Positions 15,291 to 24,000 of a stretch of 24,000 nucleotides of DNA are shown here, piece after piece. The first letter of the stretch is position 1. Each line of letters starts with the position of its first letter. The stretch is taken from positions 1,654,328 through 1,678,327 of the forward strand of contig NZ_CP087714.1 in the NCBI RefSeq assembly GCF_039641995.1, read 5' to 3'. The position numbers and the translations under genes were made by a program. The notes beneath the pieces are model-generated. The model saw only the letters and a program-made list of their open reading frames with translations, did no database searches and was not told where the DNA came from. Source of the DNA: Geoglobus acetivorans. GTDB lineage: Archaea; Halobacteriota; Archaeoglobi; Archaeoglobales; Archaeoglobaceae.

Positions 15291-17452
15291 GCTACACGAT
15301 AACTGTTGATGGGCAGGTGATCGCAGACCCTTCAAACGACATCCTCATTTATCCTTCGGAACTCAGCAGGAAGTTTGCAGAGGACTCAGACACTCTCAGA
15401 CTGCTGCTCCGGGACGATGGGGTTTCTAATTCGATTAATGTTGGGAAGAGGATTACTGCTGAATTCAAAATGCCATTAACACAATTAGAATTTGACAACA
15501 ATGGAGGGGGTGTCTGGTCAAGATATATCAATATTCCATTTTCTTCAGCAGCTTCCAAATACGCACAATACAAAATAGTAATTAGTTCGAACAATCTTAC
15601 AATTTATTCAGCTGACGGTGCTCAAAAAATACAATGGGGTGGTATCACTGACTTCTGGGAAAAAGTAAAGTCGGATGGTAGCGATATAAGACTTTTTAAT
15701 CAAACACACAGGACGAGTAAGAATTACAGCGATTATCAACTTTATTTCTGGCTTGAAAAATTCGATTACATAAACCGAACTGCAGTGATATGGGTAAGAA
15801 TAGATGCAAACACATCAGAGTTAAATATAGCGTATGGAAATGCATTCGCTACAATAAGTGGATACCATGATGGCGAACGAGTATTCGACTTCTTTGACGA
15901 TTTTGAAACAGATTTAAGCAAATGGTCAATTGCTGCTACATCAAGTACCTCAGTAGTGCGAATAACCAGCAATAAATATTATACTGGTTCAAAATCTGTA
16001 GAAGTTTATCAAACAGTTGACGATGGAGACACAGCACTAAAGCACTATATAGGAACGTATAGAACAGGCGTCTTAGAATGGATGTTCTATGACGATATCG
16101 ACATAACAGGTACTCATGCAGTAGGTGAAGATTCGGTTTTTGTAGGGATAACTACCTCTGGCAACAATTATTTTTGGAGGGTGGGCAGTAAATGGTATGA
16201 TACGGGAGTACCTCGCTCGACTGGGTGGCATTCGATCAAATTGATTTTTACAGGGACAGAAACAAAAGTGTATATAGACGATACATATATTGCATCAACG
16301 ACAAATGTAGGGATGCTAAATGCGATAAGCATCCTGAGTGTATGGTCTGTCAGTGGTCCCGGACTATACCAGGATTGTGTTCGCCTGTACAATCTTGAAG
16401 ATCCTATAACTTTCGGCATTCCTAAAGTAATAAAAATTGCGATTGAGCGCAAGTTCTCAGGCGTGGTCATCTCCAAGAAAAACACCTATGTCGATAACAA
16501 ACCAGCTCTCGAAATCAGCTGTGCTGACATCTCCTCAATCTTCGCAAGGCGTTTTGTTGCTGAAAGCTATGCCAATCAGACGATAGAGGCAATTGTCAGT
16601 GATTTAATCACAAAATACGCATCCGACATAGTCAACGCAACTTACATCGCCACGACAGGTGTAACCCTCACCATAGACTTCCGCTACAAATCCCTCAAGG
16701 ACTGTCTGAACCGCCTCGCAGAGCTTTCGGGCTGCATGTGGTTCGTTGATGAGAACAACAACCTCTACTTCGACTACGCAAACAACCTGAAAACCTCAAC
16801 ATCCAAAACAATAGATTCAGTTGAGGAATACGACATTCAGGAGAGTGCAGACATAATAAACAGAGTTTACATCTACGGGGGGCTTGACAGCAACAATGTC
16901 AGGGTTGCAGTCCAGATGGAGGATCCGAACTCAATCGCAACTTATGGTGCCTTCGAGAAAGTCATCTTCGACTACGAGATTACATCTCAGGATCAGGCTA
17001 AGCTCATCGGCTCGGCCATCCTCACCGAGAACGCACAGCCAGTAACCAGCGTCGAAGCTTCGTTCAGGGATCAGGATGTCGACGTCGGAGAGATCGTAAC
17101 TCTGAACATCACGAAGGAGAACTTCAGCAGACAGCTCCTCATAAAGCAGCTCGATGAAACCATATATCACAACAGAATTATTCAGAGAGCTGTTTTCGAA
17201 TCCTTCAGGAAGGATGCAGTCACCATTCTTGAATCCATGGACGAGAGGGTTGCGAAGCTTGAACAGCAGCAGGTTGACCTCGCAGACACTTTCGTCAAGC
17301 TCACGATTCTTTCAGAAGATCTTGGGCTGAAAGAGGCCATGAAGATGTACTACCGTGATTACTCTTCCTCATTCGTCCTCGGTCAGGCGAAGCTCGGTAA
17401 AAACAAGCTCGGGGAGGGTGCTAATTACTGGGTTTTGACAAGGGAGGTATGA
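15287..17452 (+). CDS. Tail tip/baseplate hub protein with an inserted DUF2341 + LamG-like lectin region
   Basis: MSYTITVDGQVIADPSNDILIYPSELSRKF...; insert with IAYGNAFATISGYHDGERVFDFFDDFETDLSKWSI and jelly-roll-like segment; then hub-like (YANQTIEAIVSDLITKYAS...LSGCMWFVDENNNLYF). Confidence 0.75.
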   Translation: MSYTITVDGQVIADPSNDILIYPSELSRKFAEDSDTLRLLLRDDGVSNSINVGKRITAEFKMPLTQLEFDNNGGGVWSRYINIPFSSAASKYAQYKIVISSNNLTIYSADGAQKIQWGGITDFWEKVKSDGSDIRLFNQTHRTSKNYSDYQLYFWLEKFDYINRTAVIWVRIDANTSELNIAYGNAFATISGYHDGERVFDFFDDFETDLSKWSIAATSSTSVVRITSNKYYTGSKSVEVYQTVDDGDTALKHYIGTYRTGVLEWMFYDDIDITGTHAVGEDSVFVGITTSGNNYFWRVGSKWYDTGVPRSTGWHSIKLIFTGTETKVYIDDTYIASTTNVGMLNAISILSVWSVSGPGLYQDCVRLYNLEDPITFGIPKVIKIAIERKFSGVVISKKNTYVDNKPALEISCADISSIFARRFVAESYANQTIEAIVSDLITKYASDIVNATYIATTGVTLTIDFRYKSLKDCLNRLAELSGCMWFVDENNNLYFDYANNLKTSTSKTIDSVEEYDIQESADIINRVYIYGGLDSNNVRVAVQMEDPNSIATYGAFEKVIFDYEITSQDQAKLIGSAILTENAQPVTSVEASFRDQDVDVGEIVTLNITKENFSRQLLIKQLDETIYHNRIIQRAVFESFRKDAVTILESMDERVAKLEQQQVDLADTFVKLTILSEDLGLKEAMKMYYRDYSSSFVLGQAKLGKNKLGEGANYWVLTREV

Positions 17453-17455
17453 TCA

Positions 17456-17905
17456 ATGCAGATTGCAAATAAGTTGGGATTGAAGGGAATTGCTGAGATA
17501 TATGTGAGAGAGGCGGGGGGAGAATGGAAGCTGATAAGGAGAGTCCCAAACATCCTGACTGACGACTTCCTCTCAAAGATCATGGACACCCAGACACCTT
17601 CAGCATACGGATATTTTGCAGTTGGAGATGGCTCCGGAACTCCAAGCGGGAGTGATACGGCTCTCTTCAACGAAACATTCAGAAAAGCTGTCTCAAGCAC
17701 GATAAAAGAGACCCAGAGTGACTTTTACTATAAGTGGGAGTGCTACATAACCACGACAGAGTACACAGGTAACATCAGCGAGTTCGGGCTTTTTGATGCT
17801 GCATCAGCTGGAAACATGATGAATCACATCGCATTCGCTTCTTTTTATAAGTCTAACACAATGGAGGTCCGTATAGATTACTACCTGTATTTAACGAGGC
17901 TGTGA
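17456..17905 (+). CDS. Tail-associated protein, 149 aa
   Basis: Within the tail operon; beta-rich with GYFAVGDGSGTPSGSDTALFNETFRK typical of distal tail proteins. Confidence 0.6.
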   Translation: MQIANKLGLKGIAEIYVREAGGEWKLIRRVPNILTDDFLSKIMDTQTPSAYGYFAVGDGSGTPSGSDTALFNETFRKAVSSTIKETQSDFYYKWECYITTTEYTGNISEFGLFDAASAGNMMNHIAFASFYKSNTMEVRIDYYLYLTRL

Positions 17906-17914
17906 GGTGGTAGA

Positions 17915-19252
17915 ATGGGATTTAATGTTCAGGATGGAGAAATTCTGTATTCCCTGCATCTGAAAAACATAGTGCAGGGTATCAACTGGAAGGGAGTCGT
18001 TTCTGGCTGCCAGGTTACTCCGTATTCCGGCATGACACTCGATGTGAGTGCCGGCAGCGTTCTTTACGGTACGACCGAATACAGCGTGAGCGCAACCCAG
18101 GTAACCCTCTCAGCAGCTCCGACAGCTCCGAATGAGAGAATCGATGTGATTGTATGGGACTACAACAATGGCAGCCCTATTATAACAGTCCTTGAAGGAA
18201 CTCCTTCAGACCCATCAGTCTCTCCACCACAGGCTCCTGCAATAAGCGACACTCAGGTTGCTCTCGCTCAGGTTAGAGTGCAGGGAGGGGCAACTGCGAT
18301 AGTGGCTGAGGATATAACAGACCTCAGAATTGGAATTGATAATCTGAGGAACTGGCTGAGCAGCGTTAATGATGATCTGTTCTCCATCAAAGCTCAGCTA
18401 ATTGATCTTGTGTTCATACATGATACTGAATATTTTTTGAATAAAGAGAGACTTGATTTTGCAGAAGTGTGGTTCTTTGATGGATCTGAAACATTTGACG
18501 TCCTCAATAATGTAACTGTAGACTCCGCAAACAAGCAACTTCACAACAAGAATGTCATCGGTGATTTTGAAACGGGCTGGGATGGATGGACAGCATCAGG
18601 CAGTGCAGCAAGAATATCAAGCGGTTCATATTTTGGGTGGGCATCAAGTGGCACTTATTCTGCTGGAATTAATAAGTATATCTATGCATCAAGTGACAGC
18701 GGATCCATCGTCCAAAATTTCGATTTGACAGATGTTGATTATATTTATTTTGATTATAACATCAAAGCTGATGACGGATATCTTTATTTCAAAATTGATG
18801 GCACAACCTTAGTCACCAAATCTTCTATTAATTATGCTGAATCAACTGGTAATGTATTTGTAGATGTTACCTCTTACACTGGTACCCATGAGCTTCGATT
18901 TGATTTTACAGTATCAGGTGGTTGGGGTGGGAGTGGTCAATGGGTAAGATCTTTAGTTGATAACATTGCATTAATCAGAACAAGCTACCTTCAGCACAAT
19001 CTAACTCAGAACGCTGTAAACAATGTGTTGATAATAATACCAGACACAGATGCAAGCAAACTTGGGAATACTATAAGAGTTTATGTTACAGATGGAGTGA
19101 ATACAACAGAAATCACACAGAACAAAACTGCAGTTGCTGTAAACCTATCAAAAATGGATGTTAAAATTGAATTTGATAAAACAAACATCAGAAACGCAAA
19201 TCAGTGGTTTGAATCTCTGGACAACTTTGCAATTCTCTGGGAGGAGATATAA
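17915..19252 (+). CDS. Tail fibre / receptor-binding protein with carbohydrate-binding-like domain
   Basis: N-terminal baseplate-anchor-like half (DVSAGSVLYGTTEYSVSATQVTL...); C-terminal jelly-roll-like (NVIGDFETGWDGWTASGSAARISSGSYFGWASS...). Confidence 0.65.
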   Translation: MGFNVQDGEILYSLHLKNIVQGINWKGVVSGCQVTPYSGMTLDVSAGSVLYGTTEYSVSATQVTLSAAPTAPNERIDVIVWDYNNGSPIITVLEGTPSDPSVSPPQAPAISDTQVALAQVRVQGGATAIVAEDITDLRIGIDNLRNWLSSVNDDLFSIKAQLIDLVFIHDTEYFLNKERLDFAEVWFFDGSETFDVLNNVTVDSANKQLHNKNVIGDFETGWDGWTASGSAARISSGSYFGWASSGTYSAGINKYIYASSDSGSIVQNFDLTDVDYIYFDYNIKADDGYLYFKIDGTTLVTKSSINYAESTGNVFVDVTSYTGTHELRFDFTVSGGWGGSGQWVRSLVDNIALIRTSYLQHNLTQNAVNNVLIIIPDTDASKLGNTIRVYVTDGVNTTEITQNKTAVAVNLSKMDVKIEFDKTNIRNANQWFESLDNFAILWEEI

Positions 19253-19443
19253 TGAGAATTGAAAATAAGGAGAAGCTTGAAAAGAAGAAAAAACTGAAAA
19301 TCAGGGAAGAAGCAAAGAGAAAACTCATTACAAACAAGCAGCTGAGCTTGGAGGAGAGGGTAAGACTTCTCGAAATTGCGGTGTTTGGCAAGACAATTGA
19401 TGAGCTTCTGATTGAGGAGAAATACAAAAGAGAGAGGACATGA
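19252..19443 (+). CDS. Small highly charged protein, 63 aa
   Basis: ATGA-type overlap with the fibre gene; Lys/Glu-rich helical sequence. Confidence 0.5.
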   Translation: MRIENKEKLEKKKKLKIREEAKRKLITNKQLSLEERVRLLEIAVFGKTIDELLIEEKYKRERT

Positions 19444-19569
19444 CCTAAAACCAGATGCCCTTCCGATTCAAAACACATTTTGACATTAAAATTTTTATGA
19501 ATCAATTACTCAGTAGAATTCATGACGATTACTTTCGGTTCATCAGCATATTCCCATTTAAGGAGGGTA

Positions 19570-20157
19570 ATGATTTTCATAGATGGAGGGTATTTTAAGA
19601 GAGTCGTTGACAGACACTTTGGCGATGGAAAAAGCAAGGATCCGGAGGTAATGTCCAGAACTTTGAACCATCTGATCTCAGATATATTGCGCAACAGTAG
19701 TTTTGCCCCAAACTCCAAGCCTGAGTTGATCAGGTCATACTATTATGACGCAAAGTTCTCTCCTGAGGATGATGAGTTCAAAGACCAGAACAATTATTTT
19801 GAAGAAATTCGAGGATATATAAATTATCCATTCGAAATGAAATTCGGAAGACTTATCAGGGCTGGAAAAGATAGGCGAGAGAAGAGACAGAAGGGTGTTG
19901 ATGTATTGTTATCTGTGGATATGGTCACCAAAGCGTTTCTCGATCATTATGATGTAGCGGTTCTGGTTGCAGGAGATCAGGATTTTCTCGATGCAATAAG
20001 GGTGGTTAAAGACTTCTCTGGAAAGAAAGTTGCTGGTTATTTCGTTCCAGCGAATAATGCACCTCCGAACACCTCTGAAGAGTTGATAAAGAGCCTTGAT
20101 TTCAAGTTCCCGAGACTTCCAACACCGCTTTTTGATGACTTGAAGCTTGAAGATTGA
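19570..20157 (+). CDS. NYN-domain (LabA/DUF88, PIN-like) putative nuclease
   Basis: MIFIDGGYF, KGVDVLLSVDMV and AVLVAGDQDFLDAIR retain NYN acidic motifs. Start moved from 19522 to 19570 because AAGGAGGG immediately precedes that ATG. Confidence 0.85.
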   Translation: MIFIDGGYFKRVVDRHFGDGKSKDPEVMSRTLNHLISDILRNSSFAPNSKPELIRSYYYDAKFSPEDDEFKDQNNYFEEIRGYINYPFEMKFGRLIRAGKDRREKRQKGVDVLLSVDMVTKAFLDHYDVAVLVAGDQDFLDAIRVVKDFSGKKVAGYFVPANNAPPNTSEELIKSLDFKFPRLPTPLFDDLKLED

Positions 20158-20176
20158 TCGATAAATATTCCCACTC

Positions 20177-20968
20177 TTAACAGTCCAAAATCCTAAAATC
20201 TTTCCAATATTTGTCGTAAATTTTTTTCAGCTCTTCTTCGTCCTGGAAGTCGTAGTGTGATAAATCAACATCTCCAGCTGTTGAGTGTCCCATCAGAATC
20301 TTCTTCACTGCAGTTGGCATCCCCAGCCTGTCGCTCTGCTGGCTGAAGAACTTCCTCATGTGCTTCATTCTCAAACTCGTGTTTAATTTCCCGAAGTGGT
20401 ACAGTAGAGACTTCTTGGAGAAGAGAGGCTTGTCAGGTTTAACTACGGATAGATATTCCTGCAGAACTTCTTGGGCCTCTCTGGAGAAAAAAGTTACCCT
20501 GTCTTCATAGTCCTTGGCAAATTCTGCCCTGACATATATAGTTCTGTTTTCAGCATCAATATCCTTCCACATGAGATTGTACAGCTCCTCAGCCCTTATT
20601 CCGGACGTGGCAGATAAAAGCGTGGCAGACTTCACTTTCAAGGCATACCTCTCTCTAAGCTTACTGTCCGCCTCGGTGAGTATCTGTCTTATGTCTTTGG
20701 GCTTGATCACATGCTTTCTTCGCTTAGGTATCCTCGGAAGCTTGATATCGTCAGCTAAGGAGTGATTTATGAATTTCAGGAATTTCCTAATGCGGATAAG
20801 CTTGTTTCTGACACTCTTCGGGCTGTAACTGTTTTTTAATCTATTTATATAAATAATTATGTCATCATCGTTTAAATCGTAAGAACAGGCCTCTAAAAAG
20901 CTCAGAATATCGGATTTGTATGCTTTCAATTCCTGTGTGGAAATGTGCGACAGTTCCAGTCTCTTCAC
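20177..20968 (-). CDS. int: Tyrosine recombinase / archaeal provirus integrase
   Basis: ATSGIRAEELYNLMW (Arg I), KHMR (KxxR), MGHST, LSHYDF (Tyr nucleophile candidate). The track ORF begins at 21115 but reads through the tRNA gene; GTG at 20968 is a plausible start. Confidence 0.85.
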   Translation of the reverse strand: MKRLELSHISTQELKAYKSDILSFLEACSYDLNDDDIIIYINRLKNSYSPKSVRNKLIRIRKFLKFINHSLADDIKLPRIPKRRKHVIKPKDIRQILTEADSKLRERYALKVKSATLLSATSGIRAEELYNLMWKDIDAENRTIYVRAEFAKDYEDRVTFFSREAQEVLQEYLSVVKPDKPLFSKKSLLYHFGKLNTSLRMKHMRKFFSQQSDRLGMPTAVKKILMGHSTAGDVDLSHYDFQDEEELKKIYDKYWKDFRILDC

Positions 20969-21002
20969 AAACTCATCAAACGGCTCAAATAACGAAAAGC
21001 TA

Positions 21003-21086
21003 TGCGGGGGGCGGGATTTGAACCCGCGGACCCCTCCGGGACAGGGTCTTAAGCCCTGCGCCTTTTCCTGGCTCGGCAACCCCCGC
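21003..21086 (-). tRNA. tRNA-Leu (anticodon UAA), provirus attachment site
   Basis: GCGGGGG acceptor pairs perfectly with CCCCCGC; anticodon arm CAGGG-CTTAAGA-CCCTG; TPsiC arm GCGGG-TTCAAAT-CCCGC; long variable arm; no encoded CCA. Confidence 0.95.
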
Positions 21087-21297
21087 AGCGGAAATGGCGA
21101 CCAATTGCCGATCAATGGAGCTCCCGGCTGATTTGCAGTTTTCAGCTGTATTGGCTTGCGCGTGTGCGCTGAAGGTCAATAGCCTAGACCTGTGAAGTAC
21201 TTATGAAGTTTGTGGTAATGCTGAGACTGGACAGTGTTGTTAGTAGCCTTATCTGGCAGAATTGAGGGACAGATTTTTGGAAAAATAATATGAAGCA

Positions 21298-21954
21298 TCA
21301 TTTTTCGTTCATAATCTTCATTTCCTCGCCAACCTTGAACGTAGAGGTTCCGGGCTTTATGCTCGGAACGACGCTCTGTATCACGTGAAGCTCGTATATT
21401 TCCTCACCGAACGTGAATATGTCCTCCTGCTTTTTGACGTGAAGCGCGACGTCGAACATTCCGGAAAACTGGGCTATGTCGGTCTTCGTGTATGCGTTGT
21501 ATGACGTGAATGCGATTATTCTCAGCCCTTCCGGAGCTTCGTCAGTTAATTTGAGCATGAACCTCTTGGAGCTCTCGTTCGTTGCCACATCGAGAAGCCC
21601 TCTGCCAAGAACGATTAGCGTACCCTTCAGTTTCTTGATGTATTCCGTCAGATCGTCGAGCTGGTCATACCTGTATGTCAGGTGGGCATCGCTCATCCCC
21701 GTTGAGTTCAGGCAGATTATCCTCACCCTGTCTTCCTGCATGTTGAGGAAGTCCATGTTGAACTTCAAAGCCCTGAGCGTGGGATTCGAAATTGCAAGAA
21801 TGGTGATCTGGTCGTCTGATTTTTCCATAACCTTCCCCAGAATTGCCTTTGCAGGGTATATGTTCTCATAAAATACGATGAAGTTGAGATTCGAGGACAC
21901 GAGGAGTTCAACGAATTCTGATGACTGGCTCGGTATTATTTCATTCAGGCTCAT
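21298..21954 (-). CDS. RecA/KaiC-superfamily-like protein without an evident Walker A motif
   Basis: GTLIVLGRGLLDVATNESSKRFMLKLTDEAPEGLRIIAFTSYNAY resembles the second half of archaeal KaiC-like ATPases. No GxxGxGKT found. Confidence 0.45.
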   Translation of the reverse strand: MSLNEIIPSQSSEFVELLVSSNLNFIVFYENIYPAKAILGKVMEKSDDQITILAISNPTLRALKFNMDFLNMQEDRVRIICLNSTGMSDAHLTYRYDQLDDLTEYIKKLKGTLIVLGRGLLDVATNESSKRFMLKLTDEAPEGLRIIAFTSYNAYTKTDIAQFSGMFDVALHVKKQEDIFTFGEEIYELHVIQSVVPSIKPGTSTFKVGEEMKIMNEK

Positions 21955-22095
21955 AAAGGTATAACTGGTTTTAAGGCTATTTAAATTTAATTATCACGTA
22001 CTGATTGTGGATGGCCGGAATTTTTCATTACATCGCCTGTCTTCACGGATTTTGAAAAACTATATATCTATCCCGGAGAATCCATTACATAGTTT

Positions 22096-23529
22096 ATGAA
22101 TCCTGAGGATCTGGAAAGGGTGGCGGAGGAGTGGATTGAAAAGATTGCCCCCGGGATCCCATCAGATTTGCAGAACATGGTTGGGTTCATAGCGAGAAGT
22201 ATCGTTGAAGTGCTGTCCGGAAAGAGAACTGTGGATGACCTGGTAGGCGAGGTGGATGAGTCTCTTATCGAGGAATTGATAAGAAGGGGACAGGGTCCCG
22301 AGGACTTTCTGAAGAGAATTGAGCTTCTGGTTGAGATTGTTCGGAAGCATGACAGGGCACAGCAGCAGGAACTGCTTCCAGTAATATGTGAGCTCCAGAT
22401 GAAGGCCCTCGAAAAGGTTCTGAGAGTCTACAGCAGGATAACGGCCGGGGAGGTTCTGGCGAGAAAGAGGGCTGAAAGAGCATACAGAGTTCTCAATGCG
22501 GTAAATGAGGTTATCATAAAGGCAGAGGGAGAGAAAAAAATGCTCGAGGACGTCTGCAGGGTCATCGTGGAGGTTGGAGGGTACAAGCATGCGTGGATCG
22601 GGTATGCCGAGAACGGCAGGGTGATCAGGCTTGCTGCGAAGTACGGCTACAGCCGTGAAGAGCCTGAAAAGCAGCGAAACAGCCTGACAGGTTCGGAGGA
22701 CACAGAACCTTCTGCAGACTTGAGTGCGGATGATGACTGCAGTCCGTGTATAAAAATGGCCGAGAGGGAGGGCTTTGCATCATCGATCGCACTGCCTCTG
22801 AAGTATGACGGCGATATTTACGGCGTTCTGAACATTTACGCCCCTGAAAGCGATGTTTTTGACGATCAGGAGGTGGATCTGCTCACCAAACTGGCGGAGA
22901 ACATATCGTATGCGATCTCCAAGATAAGGACCGAGGCGGAGAAGAAGAAAATTGACCAGCTTTACAGGTTGCTCGTTGACAACACCGGGACTGCAATTCT
23001 GCTGATCGAGGATGGCAGAGTGGTGTTCGCAAACAGAAGGGCGGAGGAGCTTTCCGGTTACTCTAAGGAGCAGCTGATCGGAAAACCGTTCATCGAACTC
23101 GTCTGCGAAAAGGACAGGGAGAAGGTCATGAGAATGCACAGGATGAGGCTTGAAAATCCGGATTCGGTCCCTCAGAGCTACAGGCTGAACTACGTTGACT
23201 CGGCAGGAAACATGCGGAGCGGTGTTGCCATCGTCGCCAAAGTGCCGGAAAGCAGCAAGTTCATCGTGTCTGTTATTGACATTACCGACCTCATGCTTGC
23301 GATAGGGCAGATAGAGGAAAACATCGAGAAATTCGCAATACTCGTCGACAAGATCAGAAATCCTCTTGCGGCAATACACGGCTACGTTGAGGAGTACGTG
23401 GAGGATGAAACCTTGAGGGAGAAAATTTTCGAACAGATTGCCAGGATTGTCAAACTCGTGAATCAGCTTGAAGACGGCTGGATGGAATCAGAGAACGTCA
23501 GGATGTTTCTCAGAAAATTTGAGAGGTAA
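22096..23529 (+). CDS. GAF-PAS sensory protein with a degenerate HisKA-like tail and no ATPase domain
   Basis: GAF-like (KAEGEKKMLEDVCRVIVEVGGYKHAWIGYAENGRV...IALPLKYDGDIYGVLNIYA); PAS (YRLLVDNTGTAILLIEDGRVVFANRRAEELSGYSKEQLIGKPFIELV); DKIRNPLAAIHGYVEEY at the C-terminus. Confidence 0.85.
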   Translation: MNPEDLERVAEEWIEKIAPGIPSDLQNMVGFIARSIVEVLSGKRTVDDLVGEVDESLIEELIRRGQGPEDFLKRIELLVEIVRKHDRAQQQELLPVICELQMKALEKVLRVYSRITAGEVLARKRAERAYRVLNAVNEVIIKAEGEKKMLEDVCRVIVEVGGYKHAWIGYAENGRVIRLAAKYGYSREEPEKQRNSLTGSEDTEPSADLSADDDCSPCIKMAEREGFASSIALPLKYDGDIYGVLNIYAPESDVFDDQEVDLLTKLAENISYAISKIRTEAEKKKIDQLYRLLVDNTGTAILLIEDGRVVFANRRAEELSGYSKEQLIGKPFIELVCEKDREKVMRMHRMRLENPDSVPQSYRLNYVDSAGNMRSGVAIVAKVPESSKFIVSVIDITDLMLAIGQIEENIEKFAILVDKIRNPLAAIHGYVEEYVEDETLREKIFEQIARIVKLVNQLEDGWMESENVRMFLRKFER

Positions 23530-23561
23530 AGCCCACACTGGGTTGCGGGATCGCAGTTTCG

Positions 23562-23924
23562 TTATTCAGGACTGTTGATGTACTTTTCTATCGTGCTCAC
23601 CAGGGTGCTTTTTGAGAATGGCTTTTCAACGACCTCCAGGGCTCCAGCCTCGAGCAGATCACTTGCCCTCTGCTTTGCGTACGCAGTAACCCCTATGATC
23701 TTCGCATTCGGGTCCATTCTTTTGATCTCTCTCGTGGCTTCCACACCGTCCATCTCAGGCATGACCACATCCATGAGGACGATGTTCGGCTTGAACACCC
23801 TGTACTTTTCCACTGCCTCCTTGCCGTCTCTCGCCTCGAGTATTGCGTACCTGTCTCCCAGCATCGCTTTAATAACTTCAAGCACGGCATCGTCGTCTTC
23901 AACCACCAGTACAAGTTTCATCAA
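23562..23924 (-). CDS. CheY-like response regulator receiver protein
   Basis: VLVVEDDDAVLEVIKAML...PNIVLMDVVMPEMDGVEATREIK...IIGVTAYA...VEKPFSK: conserved DD, D, T, K. Confidence 0.95.
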   Translation of the reverse strand: MMKLVLVVEDDDAVLEVIKAMLGDRYAILEARDGKEAVEKYRVFKPNIVLMDVVMPEMDGVEATREIKRMDPNAKIIGVTAYAKQRASDLLEAGALEVVEKPFSKSTLVSTIEKYINSPE

Positions 23925-24000
23925 GACTTTTCACCCCTCTTGTTTGTGTGTTGTTAACCCGTTACATATATCTAACTTTTGGTGATGCTGCAAATATTGA

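Noticed and set aside
15661-15690. GTAAAGTCGGATG as a further copy of the recurring motif
   Set aside because: Lies mid-gene in the hub protein, lacks the T-run/TTTAAA part and is not near a plausible start codon.
20177-21115. Full 312-aa integrase ORF as annotated in the track
   Set aside because: The first ~38 residues are translated from tRNA-Leu and host sequence; an internal start downstream of the tRNA is much more likely.
1-24000. CRISPR array or diversity-generating retroelement
   Set aside because: No regularly spaced direct repeats and no reverse transcriptase-like ORF or template/variable repeat pair seen by eye.

Overview
The window appears to be the right-hand ~21 kb of an integrated tailed (head-tail, HK97-type) archaeal provirus, followed by ~3 kb of host chromosome. 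The host looks like a hyperthermophilic euryarchaeon, possibly Archaeoglobales; that is inferred from gene style only. Order: C-terminus of a virion or head protein with an HExxH motif; prohead protease with a probable nested scaffold; decoration protein; major capsid protein; small connector genes; an accessory region (winged-helix gene, TnpB element, small membrane proteins, zincin); head closure, tail completion and terminator genes; tail tube; a second accessory region with a LAGLIDADG nuclease; tail chaperones; tape measure; tail tip and fibre proteins; a NYN-domain gene; a tyrosine integrase; and tRNA-Leu(UAA) as the attachment site. Host genes beyond it are a RecA-fold-like protein, a PAS/GAF sensor and a CheY-like regulator. 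Three observations stand out. (1) A near-identical regulatory cassette (divergent 47/48-aa AbrB-fold/DUF2080-like gene, Zn-ribbon gene, 86-aa gene) occurs twice. One copy ends in TnpB, the other in a LAGLIDADG nuclease, swapped at the Shine-Dalgarno sequence. The two copies carry position-matched operator-like repeats whose bases differ symmetrically. (2) A TTTTTAAAGTC-type motif occurs six times, and in five cases lies 21-23 nt before a start codon, including one inside the protease ORF just before the putative nested scaffold gene. (3) Several small genes are absent from the ORF track.
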